Below are positions 11,689 to 25,808 of a stretch of DNA of 64,000 bases, piece after piece (the stretch's first letter is position 1; every line of letters starts with the position of its first letter). The stretch is from assembly GCF_006345805.1 (NCBI RefSeq), contig NC_043003.1, forward strand, positions 59,644,001 to 59,708,000. The letters run 5' to 3'. The position numbers were made by a program, and so were the translations under genes. This DNA comes from Octopus sinensis (taxonomy: Eukaryota). The notes under the pieces were generated by a model. That model was not told the origin of the DNA. It saw only the letters and a list, made by a program, of their open reading frames with translations, and searched no databases.

Positions 11689-13138
11689 GAGAAGTGATAT
11701 AGGAAAATATTTTTAAGCGAATATTTAATACCGATCAAAAAATATATCCTACAGATAATAATGGTGAAACTGTTTTCTAAGAGAGGAATGAGGTTCGATA
11801 TATTTTAGGAGGTTATGCAGAATCTGTTATAATGCCTCCACTGTTTGATTGTTACCTCTATCCTTGATACCTGTTGTTTGAAAGATAAAGTCAACATCGA
11901 TATTTGAATTGAAAATGTAAAAGGAAATAGTTAAACAATTCAAAGTATACATTCACCATATATAAAATGTAATAAAATCAGGATATCACAGACATGATAC
12001 GAAATAGGTTTCTTTGCTCTTTGTTCTGAGTTTGGTATTCTAATAAACTCCACCTTCAACTGCTTGAGACATTGCGTCAGGGTGGTTCCTGTATCTCAAA
12101 TATTACATCGAACAATCCACATTTGCTATCGTAACTCTTTTTTTTTCTGTTTCAACAAACAAACGATAAAGAACTGGTAATAGGGGAATAAAAATTCGAC
12201 ATCGAAAATTATATGCAAGTCAGAATGCGGTTATTCTTTTTTAAAGAACAACTGTACAGAGCACATTACAATTATTGTGTCATTTTAAAGTTGAAAAAGA
12301 AATTTCACAAAACTCATAGCAATCTAATTTTGATAATTCAGCACGTAAATCAATAAATATATTCAGCAGAAGGAGGAGCGGGTATAAAAATGGTGGAGCG
12401 AGAAAATGCGTGATAATAAGATAATGGCTTTATGTAAATTTCGATTTTTCTAAATACAAATATAGTTTAGTTCTCTTTTTTTGTACTTCCATAATCTACA
12501 TTAGTTGAGTGACCTTTACAGGACGTATAACTAATATATTTAATATGTCATCAGTGAGTATTCAATCCGTAAGCAAGACGTTGCCATGCAAAGACCGTTT
12601 GTTTACCTGAGATTTTTCTTAGAAATGAAATATAACCTAATGATACCGTTCTCATATTTTAAAAACATTTTCAGAAAATTTGCCGGGATTGGAAGATGAG
12701 TAGAATATTGTATAATAATTGCAGAGGTTCCACGGTCTAATATAATTTCATCGAACATATATTTGCCTTCTTTCGTAATTTCTCTATAAATTTGACATGA
12801 CGGTTGGTAATTCATGCAACGGTTTTTATTGTAAGAGAATCTGAATAAAAAGTGTGCGAGTAAACTCATCCTTTATTCCATTAATATAACTAACTGTCTT
12901 AGTAATTCAGCGCATCTAACACAGGGACTCTTTGTAATACGCTCTTTGGCGAAAGATGGCGCTGAGTTTACAAATGGACAAGAACCACTGCTTTACATGA
13001 AAAATGTACTTTTCGCTATATTTTGCGAGGAAAACGATTTAATTATTGCAATATACGTATCGCATGTATGCATGTGACACGAGGCATGCGTGGCGGCGAA
13101 CAGTCAACTCAGAACTGGTACGGACCGGGAGAATTCGA

Positions 13139-13270
<132 letters not shown>

Positions 13271-14569
13271 GAGAGAAAACAAAGGAACACAAAGTATTAG
13301 TAGCCAACTCAATTTATGCTACGCGGGTTTCCTAAGCGTGGTCCTTAAATCAATAATGTTTCATATTACATAATACTCATTTAAAATATATTGTTACAAT
13401 CAATATGAAGTAATATCATCATCAAGAAATGTATTTGCGGAAAAATTCATCGAAATATATCAGTGGGTTTGTGTGTGCACATATACGTATAGCACGTCGA
13501 GCGAGTCGGTGTGCGTGGCCCGGCTCCTCCTCGCTTAAGTTAGATCGTCGTACCGATCTAACAGGCATTTGGCGGCAGCGAACGGTTAACTCGGAACGGG
13601 TAGGAAATGAGGAAATCCTACTGCCTAATTATCTAATTATATGTATATATATATATATAAACCCGGTTTGTTAAAGTCCAATATTAGCGTTTCTTCTAAT
13701 AGGCTCAGCATAAATATCGCCGCGGTTAAGACCGCGCTCTATTCATATTTAATTTAAGATTGCACCCTCAATTTTAAAAGATTTAAACAGCATTAAGTGA
13801 ATTTATATAAATTGCATATATTTACGAAATTTCTAACTTCCTTACATTTCTAAAACATAACTGTTCTTGCATTTAGTAAATAAAACACCTACCTATCTTC
13901 TTTCGTACACGCTGTTGATGTTGATAATAAACGTCACCATATTACATATACTGGCTTTCAGCTTGCAGCTTAATGTAAATCTGACATAACAATAATTTAG
14001 CACATGTTAACTAACTTGAAAATCTTATAATATGTAGCCGCGCTATCGCTATTAATTGCGCTAAAGATATCAAACCTCGTGATGGGAAAGGAATAGCATT
14101 CGCAATCTCCTGTTCTGCTAAAACATTGTCTGTGCTAGCATATTTAATGTGAAGCTTTATTTGAAGCTTTTATCTTTTGGTAGTTGATCTGAATGGGTGT
14201 AAATGTAGGTATGGTCGATATTAAAGGTGTTATTTGTTAGTCCAGTATAATTACCATCAATACCTCCAAGAATAATATAGTTCCTACATATGCCAGTGCT
14301 TTGCAGTGACATTGTCCTTGAAGCAAAAATATTAGGATATTTCTCAGCAAAATAAAATTTTGGTGGGTGGGGAGATTATGTTTTATAGGTTTATATCTTA
14401 TTTGGTTAAATGTTTTAGTGCCTTGTGATATGAAGTCTGGGAATAAATGCCTCTATAGAGAAGTATAGATGACCGGAGTATTATTGGGATTGAAGTATTT
14501 GTTCTATTTGTGCACAGATCAGAAATATTATTCTTTTTAACTGTGTGAGTAGCTACATTTATAATCTAT

Positions 14570-14700
14570 TCATGTCGATGTCAGCTTCGCATTTCTTCAT
14601 ATCGGGGTCGATAAAATAAGTACCTGTTGAAAGCCGATGTTATCGACTTATCCTCTCCTCCTAAACTGATCACCGTGTGCAAAAATTTCAAACTAATATT
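14570..14700 (+). mobile_element. SINE family A 3' fragment
   Basis: tcggggtcgataaaataagtacc..gatgttatcgactt. Confidence 0.6.
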
Positions 14701-15770
14701 AAACTGGAGAATTACTCGATAATTTTTCGTGGAGTACATGTTTGTCAAAATTTTACAAGAAGTGATAGTGACTTCGAAGTTTTGGTCGGCTAACTTCGTC
14801 AGATATTATACATACATTTGTGTGCGCGTATATTTAATTGTATACACTCAAGCTTATATGTCTTTTGTATGGGTTTAAAGAGATATTCTATAAAGACCTT
14901 GGAAAATATCTTTAAAATTTGGAACGACGTCAGTGATGTTTTGGAAGTGACATATTCATGACCGTGATTCGAAATCTTGTTGCACGCTTGGCTTCTTTAA
15001 AACTTATCTTTCAACCACGATACTATTAAGCTTCTAAAGCCAGTAATAATATAATCTAAATGTGTGTATGCAGCAGACCAAACATTTAATAAATTTTTAT
15101 CGTGAATGAAAAGTGTGACAAACAAATTATCGCTTTCATCTTTTTTTCGTTATATTTTCTCTTTATTCATTTGGTAACTTTGACTTTCCTTCTTAAGACT
15201 TCCCTTTGAATATTTCTTTAACCGCAGATTTAGAATTTTCCATAACTAGTACTTAGATAAATATCAGACTCTTGTACAAATTTAAGCGAAAATCCTTACC
15301 GGATTAAAAAGCATAAAAGATAACGGAGGAAAAAAAATCTGTCTCCCCTGCCTACAAATGTTGAAGGAAATCATTCTATCTTCCAAAAGCATTAAGTATG
15401 AAAAGACTTTGATACGTCAGTGAATCCAGAGGCAATTCTGGCAAAAAGATTTGCCAGTATTGGATCTGCCAAGAAGACTACTCGATAAAACCACGATTTA
15501 AATGAAGATAATATTTGAACATGCTCATTCACACATGCAAATGAATGATGATATATAACGTACAGCTACATATACATCTATATATGTACATGTGCATGCA
15601 TATGTATGTATGAGTCTGTGTGCACATGTGTGTGAATATATGTATGTGGATATTTATATTCAAAGAAAATAAGCAACATCATCTATGAACGTATTCATCA
15701 GTAGTTTTATCATCTAAAGCCTGTATTATTTCGATTGAACGGTACATTTACGTTCTAAATTTTGTAAGTT

Positions 15771-15835
<65 letters not shown>

Positions 15836-15948
15836 ACATATATATATATCTATGCATACATACATACACATATCAACACACATATATATATTCATTTATT
15901 TATTAGTATGTATAATAAATACATGTACATACACATATACATACATAC

Positions 15949-15993
<45 letters not shown>

Positions 15994-16056
15994 TATATAT
16001 ATACACAAACATGACTGTCACAAGTAAAAATACACAGTCATTTTGTATGTTATATA

Positions 16057-16200
16057 TTTTATATGTTTCAGTCATTTGACCGCGGCCAAGCTAGAGCACA
16101 ACTTTTAGTCGAAAACATCGACCCGAGGACTTACTCTTTGTAGCCTAGTACTTATTCTGAGTGCATTTGGTTGACGGAAACTGAGAAAAGCCCATCGTGT
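16057..16200. mobile_element. SINE family C, rearranged (minus-strand 3' end fused to plus-strand middle)
   Basis: 16057-16158 is the revcomp of the tail; 16158-16200 (tgagtgcatttggttgacggaaactgagaaaagccc) is the forward middle segment. Confidence 0.75.
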
Positions 16201-16657
16201 ATATATATATATAATATATATATATATAATAATATATATATATATATATTATATTATATACGTATATATATATGCATACATATCGTGGTGTGTGCGTGTT
16301 TATGCATTACGTATATATGCATTTATGTATGTATATATGTATATATGTATGTATGTATTTATGTATGTATGTATGGATGTATGTGTAGCAGCCGAGTAAC
16401 TATCTCCGAAGGTGAAATTAAGAAGCTCGAAACCATACGGTCTGACGGTCACGGGGCTAGAATAGTAAGGAGTTCTCTCCTCGCTTGCAATGTATATTGA
16501 GTGAAGAGTGTACTGCATAACCAGCTACAGGATGTGCCCACCTGGGATTAAAAATAGCAGTATCCGTGTTTAGGTGGGTTTAAATACTATTCATCTGTAA
16601 TGTATACTGGTTTTGTCTATTACATAGATTTTCTTGACTAGACTAGCTAGTTTGTTA

Positions 16658-16711
<54 letters not shown>

Positions 16712-16718
<7 letters not shown>

Positions 16719-17428
16719 GTTACATTAAAAAAAAAAATAGGTACCCTCATAGGGCTACCTACACGCTAAAGAGGACAGTTAAATTCCAAACCACTATTAG
16801 GGATAAAATTTCGAATGGAATGAAATATAAAAACATTTACCATCTAACCCATGGACCAATGGTTTCAGACATTTTTTAGCAAATAAAATAATTTGCCAGG
16901 CGAACCCTTCTTCAGCAGGTACACCTTAGATGAAATATATATACACGAGGCAATCCAGTATATGCCCCGTGCTTATACATTCTAAGTTTTCAAATCTACT
17001 GCGCAAGCGCAGCTCCCTGTCGACAGTAATTAAATATGCCGGCGTTTTTATTTCGAAAATTTTCCAAGAAAAAAAATATCAATAATTAATAATATCAAAG
17101 ATAATTTGAAATATTAGAAATTTCCATTACCAGTGGCCTAGCGTGTAAAAGGTTAGTCAATAAACTATATATTATTCAAATAAATACAGTGTACAGGAGT
17201 TAGATGGCAAATGTTTGTATTTTTCATTCCATTCGAAATTCTTCCCTAATAGTGGTTTGGAATTTAACTGTCCTCTCTAGTGTGCAAGTAGTCCTATGAT
17301 GGACACCTCTTTTGTGTTTAAATGTACACTGTATTTATATGAATAATATATAGTCAATTGACTAAATTTTTTACACGCTAGGCCACTGGTAATGGATATT
17401 TCTAATATTTCAGATTACCCTTTGATAT

Positions 17429-17430
<2 letters not shown>
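16712..17430. mobile_element. Penelope-like terminal-repeat complex with interleaved inverted repeats
   Basis: 16735-16855 is inverted at 17198-17312; 17089-17191 is inverted at 17324-17430; degenerate hammerhead CTGAAGA-A-GGG-TTCG-CCT on minus strand 16915-16892. Confidence 0.55.
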
Positions 17431-17461
<31 letters not shown>

Positions 17462-17469
<8 letters not shown>

Positions 17470-17767
17470 ATCACGTGACCGACAAGGCTATCAGATGTTG
17501 CTACACATCGCTGGTCACAATGCGCTTCGCATTGTTTTAGCCTTCAAATGACGCCACCTCGATGGCTAAGCGAGCGGGCCAACAGAAGAAAGAGTGAGAG
17601 AAAGTTGAGGCGAAAGAGGACAGCAGGGTTTGCTATCACCCCCTGCCGGAGCCTCGTGGAGTTTTAGGCCTTTTCGCTCAATAAACACTCACAACGTCCG
17701 GTCTCGGAATCGAAATTGCGATGCTACGACAGCGAGTCCTCTGCCCTAACCACTGGGCCATTGCGCC

Positions 17768-17769
<2 letters not shown>
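17462..17769 (-). mobile_element. SINE family B, full length (tRNA-like head, possibly tRNA-Arg-derived)
   Basis: Head revcomp ggcgcaatggcccagtggttagggcagaggactcgctgtcgtagcatcgcaatttcgattccgagacc has A/B boxes; body shared with 31100-31258; relation to published octopus OR families not verified. Confidence 0.85.

Positions 17770-17864
<95 letters not shown>
17768..17864. repeat. (TCTA)n microsatellite
   Basis: Direct. Confidence 0.97.
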
Positions 17865-17865
<1 letters not shown>

Positions 17866-18169
17866 GATCTATAAACCAAGCAAACTAGCTGGTCAAGGAA
17901 ATCTCTGTAATAGATGAAACTAGTATACATACTGAGCAATAGTATTGAAACCCACTTAAACACGGTTGTTCCCTGTTCCCTAGATACCGATGATACCGCT
18001 ATATGTATATCTTTGAACTGCGAGATGATCAATATTTTGCGAAATAAACACCCTCGCACAATATATTTGTTTTTCACTCGTTTATTACTGTTCTTATCCT
18101 AACTCATGTCCACGATTTCACATCAGGTGTCTTGCAACACAAATTCATAAACGTATATATATATATTCT

Positions 18170-18350
18170 ATTATCTCTCACTCTTTCTATTTTATATTTT
18201 CTCTCCCTCTTTACATCTGTTTTCTTTTCTGTTGAAGAGCGTAGGCTCGAAACATAAAACACATTCTCATTTCCCGAACGTGAATTTATACACCTGTTTG
18301 TTGTTTACACACCCGTCTTCGTCTTTTGTTTTTTTGTAAATTCTCACTAT
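18170..18350 (+). mobile_element. Penelope-like terminal repeat with hammerhead-like motif
   Basis: CTGTTGA-A-GAGC-gtag-GCTC-GAAA at 18229-18252; homologous to 43258-43450. Confidence 0.7.
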
Positions 18351-18407
18351 AATATATAATATAGATATATATATATTATATATATTATATATATATATAT
18401 AATATAT

Positions 18408-18568
18408 ATAATTTCGAGACAAAACCACTATTTTAAAACCAAACAAGGAAAGACTTAATCAATACATAAAATTTTAATATAGATTAAATAAACCGCCACT
18501 TAAAATTTTATGTATTGATTAAGTCTTTCCTTGTTTGGTTGTAAAATAGTGGTTTTTTCTCGAATTAT
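18408..18568. repeat. ~70-bp inverted repeat with 22-nt spacer
   Basis: Arms 18408-18477 and 18500-18568 differ at about 3 positions. Confidence 0.9.
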
Positions 18569-19130
18569 ATTATATAATATTTTACTATAAAATTGGATTT
18601 AGCCCTAAATCTGATTTTTCCCTGTAATTTTGGATTCATTCCTAATATTTATTATATATATTATATAATATATATATATTTCAACATTGAGGGTAAAATT
18701 AATTAATTATAATCAATTTCACCAAGTGTTCAGTATGCAAAGGGACAATTTAAGGCGAATTCAAATTATTACATTATATAAAAGGGCTAGTAAAATAAAT
18801 TACTTTGCCACATACTGAACTCATTAGAAATAGTAGCTAAAAAAACTTTTTTAAAACTATTTCTAATACTTAAGAAAATCTCTCTCATATAGTGTTTGCC
18901 TCATTCAACTCACGAAAGTATGGGGGTAAAGACATAAAAAAATCAAATGCAAAGTTATTAAGAACGTACGTTCTAGATTAGTGAACTCGACATTTTATCC
19001 ATCAGCTCAGAACTCCTTGGTTTGGATTTGAAAACACTGAAAGTGGGAGCATACCCTTTCGGCTTCTTATCGCTTTGAAGATCTGCTCGAAACTAACAGT
19101 GCCAGCAAACTCAAAATATGCAAGCGAAAA

Positions 19131-19230
19131 NNNNNNNNNNNNNNNNNNNNNNNNNNNNNNNNNNNNNNNNNNNNNNNNNNNNNNNNNNNNNNNNNNNNNN
19201 NNNNNNNNNNNNNNNNNNNNNNNNNNNNNN
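19131..19230. other. Assembly gap (100 N, probably an unsized placeholder)
   Basis: Exactly 100 N. Confidence 0.99.
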
Positions 19231-19923
19231 GTGGGGGTGTGTGTGTGTGAGTGCGAGCACATCAACTGTCCTTCATTCTTACTCCCTATCTATGTTACGT
19301 ATTTTTTTTCTTCTTCTTCTTTTAACAACCCCTTTCGACCTTGTATTCGCTGTCAAACCCCAATTCTGCAACTACCATAATTGACCACGGTCGGTCGGTC
19401 GGTATAACCGACATCGTGGTGGGGAGGGCACATCAGCCGAAGACAACAACAGCAACGACAACAACAACCAAAATAACGAAAAAAAAAACACACCAATGAC
19501 AAATACAACAAAAACACAACAGCAATTTCTGTAACTACTACTACCACTACAACTACTACTACTACTACTACTTACTACTACTACTACTACTACTACTACT
19601 AAGTACTACTTCTGCCCACCCTTATGATGCTGCCACCTCCACTAGCACCACCAATACTACTACTCCGCCACCACCCCATCTCGGCCGTTGATGCTGTTAG
19701 TAAAGAGAAGTGAAGAGAAAGACAAGAGCGTCTACAAGAAGAATAACAACAACAATGATAAGAATGATATATCAGCCATATGGGAAGATTCGGAGCATAA
19801 TACAATAAAGAATATGACTATATGTCATACATATCACACACACACACACACACTCATATATATACATGTAAATGCACACACACACTCACATATAATATGC
19901 ACATATGATGTATACATAGATAC

Positions 19924-19976
<53 letters not shown>

Positions 19977-20039
19977 TATATATCCGTGCATAAACATATG
20001 AATATAAACGTGATGTATATACATATAGATACCTACATT

Positions 20040-20396
20040 ATATATATGTCTACATCATATATATATATACATATATATGTATAGATATATATACATCATA
20101 TATACATATATGTATATGTATAAATCAAATATATATATATATATATCATATATTTATATACATGGCATATATATATACATCATATACTTATATACATCAT
20201 ATATTTATATATATCATATATATATAAATATACATCATATATTTATATACATCATATATATATATATACATACATCATATATTTATATGCATCCTATATA
20301 TATATACATATATTTATATACATCATATATATATATACATCATATGTATATTCATCATATATTTATATACATCATATATTTTTATACATCATATGC

Positions 20397-20436
<40 letters not shown>

Positions 20437-20855
20437 TACATATATACATCATCTACTACACGTGGACTGTTGGCAAATTTTTCCCCCCTTCCTTTTCTTT
20501 TGGACTTTCCTATATTTCCTGTTTCCGAAGAAGAGCTTTGCTCGAAATGTAAAACACCCATTCTTTCTTTCCTTATCTGATCGTCTTATTACTACTTTGC
20601 ATGTACCTCGGCCTCGCGTTGTTTACTTCTTGTCTTTTTTCGATTTAACTTATTAATTACTTACACATACATACACACGCACACACACATATATATAGTC
20701 TATATATATATATATATACATATATATGCATGCATCATATTAAACAATCATATATATATATATGCATGCATCATACATATACATCATATATATATATTAT
20801 ATATATATAATATATATATACACTCATATATATATGCATCATATATATATATATT

Positions 20856-20897
<42 letters not shown>

Positions 20898-20943
20898 TAT
20901 ATATGCATCATATTTATATATACATCATATATATAGGCATGTC

Positions 20944-20985
<42 letters not shown>

Positions 20986-21120
20986 ATACATCATATATAC
21001 ATACATCATACACATATATATACATCATATATATACATTATATATATACATATATACAAATATATATATATATATTATACATATATATACATACCTATCA
21101 TATATACATGTATATGTATC
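20040..21120. repeat. Degenerate minisatellite of CATCAT(AT)n / CATCATATATTTATATA units
   Basis: Motif catcatatat recurs many times on both sides of the 20452-20660 insert. Confidence 0.8.
20452..20660 (+). mobile_element. Penelope-like terminal repeat with hammerhead-like motif
   Basis: TGTTT-CCGAAGA-A-GAGC-ttt-GCTC-GAAA-TGT-A-AAACA at 20520-20556. Confidence 0.65.
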
Positions 21121-21391
21121 TAATATATAGATATACATAAAATATATAATGAATATCGTTTATTTATGATATGCAAATAAACCTACGCACACATATGTAA
21201 TATATAGATACACACACATACACACGTATATGGAGAGGTACGGAGCAAAGCAGGAAGAACATAGATAAGACATCAACAACAATAGCAGTAAATAAAAAAG
21301 AATAACAACAATAATTTTAATAATTTCATTTTGTTTGTTTTTGCCACAGGGACGACTGATAGAGAGACATTAGAAGAGTAAATTGCAACAT

Positions 21392-21432
<41 letters not shown>

Positions 21433-21783
21433 TACTACTACTACTACTACTACTAGATAATAATGATGATGATGATGATGATGATAATAATATTAATAAT
21501 AATAATAATAATAATAATAACAACAACAACAACAGCAACACCAACTACAACGCCACCAAGATTTTGAGCGTGTGAGGTTGTGATAAGCGTCATTATATTT
21601 CGTTAGAGATAATCCTCCGCTAATCCCTACCACCAACCCCCATCTTACAGATAATTACTGAAACCACCAATAACTCTTAGACCACACACACACACACACA
21701 CACACAGACACACACATACTCGTTCACAGCCGCTGCTGACAACAAAATTAGCTCCAGTATTTATTTTTACTGCTGTTTATTTC

Positions 21784-21834
<51 letters not shown>

Positions 21835-24800
21835 TTGCAGCCATCACATTTTTATCTTTGTTTCTTTCTTTCGTTTTCATTCGTCATTTCCATCTTCTTT
21901 TGTATTCACTTTCTCATGTCACTTCTTCGTCATTTGCTTTTTCTTCTTTTCTCTTTCCCCACCTTCCTCTCATTAACCCTCTTTTACCTCTGCTATACTT
22001 CGTTGTCCCACACTGAATTCTTGCTATACCTCTTTCCCATAGTTTTTCAATTGAGAACTTTTTAAGGTAAACGAAATGTTTTGTGGTCGATAATTTATTA
22101 GAAATGGCGGGCATTTCTTCTATAAATCACGCCTTACTGTTTTTGAGGATAGAAAAATGGATATTCAATGTATTATGATAAACATTTTGAGTAAAAAAAA
22201 AAAAAAAAATTAAGACAAAAAGACAAATAGTCATAGCTAGATTACAATTCATCTGCAAAATTCAAAATCGCCGGAATCGTTAGCATCATCACGAACAGTT
22301 GTAAAACGTTTACATTGACAACCATCTGCAATCAGTCCTCGGATCACCATCATTCTTTATGTAATCATTGTTCCTATTATCATTGAAACAGAATATATCA
22401 AAAATGAAAGCAGCCATTTATAACAGATAAATACAGAATATAATTCAATAGAAATAACTTTAAACCAGTTACGGATGTAGCACTATTAAGAAATACGAAC
22501 CAAGGCTAACTGACACGTGAAAATACAAATCAATGCTTTCTTAACCAGTCATTAATGATCTCTAAACCAACACTGAAGCAATTATCTAAAATATAGAATT
22601 TACCTCCACATAAACAAACATAAACATCGTGTGTAAACGCTGTGTAGGTATAGCGAAAGGGAAACTTAAATAACAACACATCAATCATATTTCTTCCTTT
22701 ATAAATGTATAAGCAAATGGCTAGGCAACAAAACTTCATTTATTCTAAGAATTTCAATATGTTACAATATTTGTTATCAGAAGGACGATTCCTGAAAGAT
22801 GCATAACATACAAGAATTGCCAAAATCCCGTACAGTTTGCATACCTGGGAAGGGAATCATGTTCACGAATTCAGTAAGCGCACATTATTTTAATGTCAGA
22901 TCAGAAATATTCATCAGTTGTCGCCACTTCGATAAATATCTACAAAAAACAATGGTAGATTATACAGCTACATAAAATCATTACTTAACTATATTTCATA
23001 AGGAATAGTGGATTATTTATGTCGCTTCTCGATTAAGACTCACTGTCACTCTTCCACGCTTAACAATCACTATTATTTATGCTGTACAATATTGCCTGTA
23101 ACTTACTATACAACCTATCTATACACTCGTTGTCCTTTTCATAACTTTAATTAACGTCGTAACTGTACTATTTAATATTATCCCACTTTTCAGTCACTCT
23201 TCATAGATTTTCTTTCCTGTGTGCAATCCCAAGGGGAATAACTTACCCCTAACAATCAATATCATTATGTAATATGTTAAGAATCTTTAATTCAATGCAA
23301 AATCAGAATCTGTACATACCGTTTAATCTAACAACTGATATTCGTCCATTAAGTTTGTATAGGCTATTAGGTTTGCATCGTCTGATGGATATGCCATATT
23401 ACAGGTTATAAAACATTGGATGACATTGTAATACCACTAAAGGACAACGCTATTAAGTATTACTCTCTACTACCTACATCGGGTTCTCTGATTTTGTTAA
23501 TGCAAATAATTGTGTGTGTGTGTATATATGCATACACACACATATGTTATATATACACATATATATATATATATTATATATATATATATATTATATATAT
23601 ATATATTATATATATATATTAGAGAGAGAGAGCGAGAGCGAAAGGGAGGCAGACACACAATGTAAGAAAAAAACGGATAGATCGGTAGATATTGATAAAT
23701 TATACAGATTATTTTTTTCCGTATTCCATCGGTATAAAAATTTCCTATCTTACAATCTATGCACTTACTTTGACACACGGAGATATCAACACCAAACATC
23801 AGGGAATAATTATCCCAACAATATACGGATTTTACAACATAAATAAATAAAATAAATAAGGACAATGAAACCCACCACTTGGACCACCGGGAGAAACCGA
23901 AATTATTCTTTTACTTACCATTCTCTAAACGGCAATGAGTAAGGAAAATGGCATCCATTTCGCCTGATAGTAAAGAAAAAACTTATCGGCAGCCATTTCA
24001 AATATAGCTACTGACGCTTCCAGTGTACTCCGATACAGGGAATAATTTGGTGAACTTTGTAGTTTTTACTGGTGGTATTTTGTTGTTGTTATTTGGTCCC
24101 CCACACTCCTGGTCAGCCATGTATGAGTAGAACTATGATTAACTTTGTTGAAGCTACAATCGCTTTTTAAAACATTCCCTGTTTATTATTGTCTTTATTG
24201 TCTGCCTTATTCAATATATCTTATTAGGAAAGATAGTTTTAATGAGAAGGTCATTTGGTTACTACTTCTTGGAGTTCAAACAACAGTCTTGATGTTTCCT
24301 CGTTGGCTCGCCTGGCTAATCTTAACGAAGAGATATGGTGGGATGGCGGTCTTAAGATTGCCTTTTGGGTAACAAGTGGATCAGTTCAAAACATGATAAC
24401 AGCCATTCAGTATAAACTCACTGTTCAATGCCCCATGGATATTGAATGAGTGTTTCGAGAACTCTTTCGTAGGTTCCTGTGCATTTCAGATACGTTGTTG
24501 TTGGTCTTTTTACTATGATATATAGATGTTACACGAAACAGCAACTTCGTTGTTAGCACATCTAGGCCAAATATTATTTAACCTAATGGCCAGCGTCTAC
24601 ACATTAGAAATGAAGGATCGAGGTAAAGTTTTTGGGAAGGATTTTTGCTGATAGAAGAAAGGGACGTAACTGTTGATTGACAAGGCTTGTTACTTTGCAC
24701 AAGGTGTAATGGTACCCATATATATGAGGAACTATAAAGAACGAAACGGGATTTTGTGAAGGAAATCCAATTTTTCACACGCTATAATGCTACATCACAT

Positions 24801-24994
24801 TGAATTAATTTCAATAAGACATCAAGATGATGAGGGAGCCATTGAGTGGTCCCCCTATTTACTAGATATAGAAACCCAATGTGAATCAAATCAAACCCTA
24901 GACTTTAAAAAAGGAAAAGAACAGGTTGAATCTGGATTGTGTAGTCCAGGTTTATATATTGAGGGATGCACAAATAAATGGCTTCCTAGAAGAT

Positions 24995-25140
24995 GAGTCG
25001 CCAAGTGGATAAGATTCTGAGCTTACGATAATAAGGTCGTGAGTTCGATTTCCGTAGCGAGTAGCGATCTGTGTCCTTGATCAAGGGACTTCACTTCATA
25101 ATGCTTCAATGTGCTCAGCTGGAAATTAGTACCAGCTGAG
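24995..25140 (+). mobile_element. SINE family D (CORE-like), decayed
   Basis: tRNA-like head with gagttcgatttcc, then gtgtccttgatcaagggacttc..ctcagctgg. Confidence 0.55.
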
Positions 25141-25752
25141 TGCAGCCATCTCTATTTCCAGCTGTCACACTTTTAATGTTCCATTAGGCCAAAATTGTGG
25201 TCCTGTTTTTAGTCACAACTACCTGGTCACCTAAAACAATAAAGAAATCAGTGAAAGCATGATATATGCTACCAGTACAGACTCACTTGCGAAGCCCTTC
25301 AATGGATTTTCAGTCCAATGTTTGCTAAGCTTGAAAGGAAGAAAGACTGGATAGTCATGGTTGAAATACCATGCATCATAGGTCTACTTAACTAACCTTG
25401 AGCTGATGATAACAAGGACGATAACAACAGCAACACTAACCCCTCTCCTCAGTCGACAGTACCCGCAACAACTACGAGTAAATGAGTGCTATGATTTGGA
25501 AGACACAACTTAACCCTATTAATATGCAATTAAGCCCAAATAATCACAATATATTACAGATAATATATTATTTTACGAGCCCCACCGTCTCACCCCCTGT
25601 AGACAACACTATTTTTACTACCTCAACTAGATTTCAATCATATTCTAAATATATTACTTATACACACACATACACATGTACACATACCTCTCACAAGCAA
25701 ATATATAAATTCTCTGTCTCTCTTTCGCTCTCTATCGTCCTCTCTCTCTATA

Positions 25753-25808
<56 letters not shown>

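Noticed and set aside
13721-13736. GC hairpin as a Helitron 3' end
   Set aside because: There is no CTRR|T terminus at the right spacing on the plus strand; the minus-strand CTGA is not followed by T
16395-16440. Hammerhead-like ccgaagg..gctcgaaac
   Set aside because: The core and stem II cannot be paired convincingly
17700-17769. tRNA genes at SINE heads (also 2262-2322, 28575-28650, 29250-29320, 31600-31635)
   Set aside because: They have A/B boxes but no complete cloverleaf and run straight into SINE bodies
19002-19130. Open frames running into the gap
   Set aside because: Their length is inflated by the Ns and there is no recognisable motif
24228-24372. Exon candidate KDSFNEKVIWLLLLGVQ..
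   Set aside because: The donor is weak, no family is recognised and there are no partner exons
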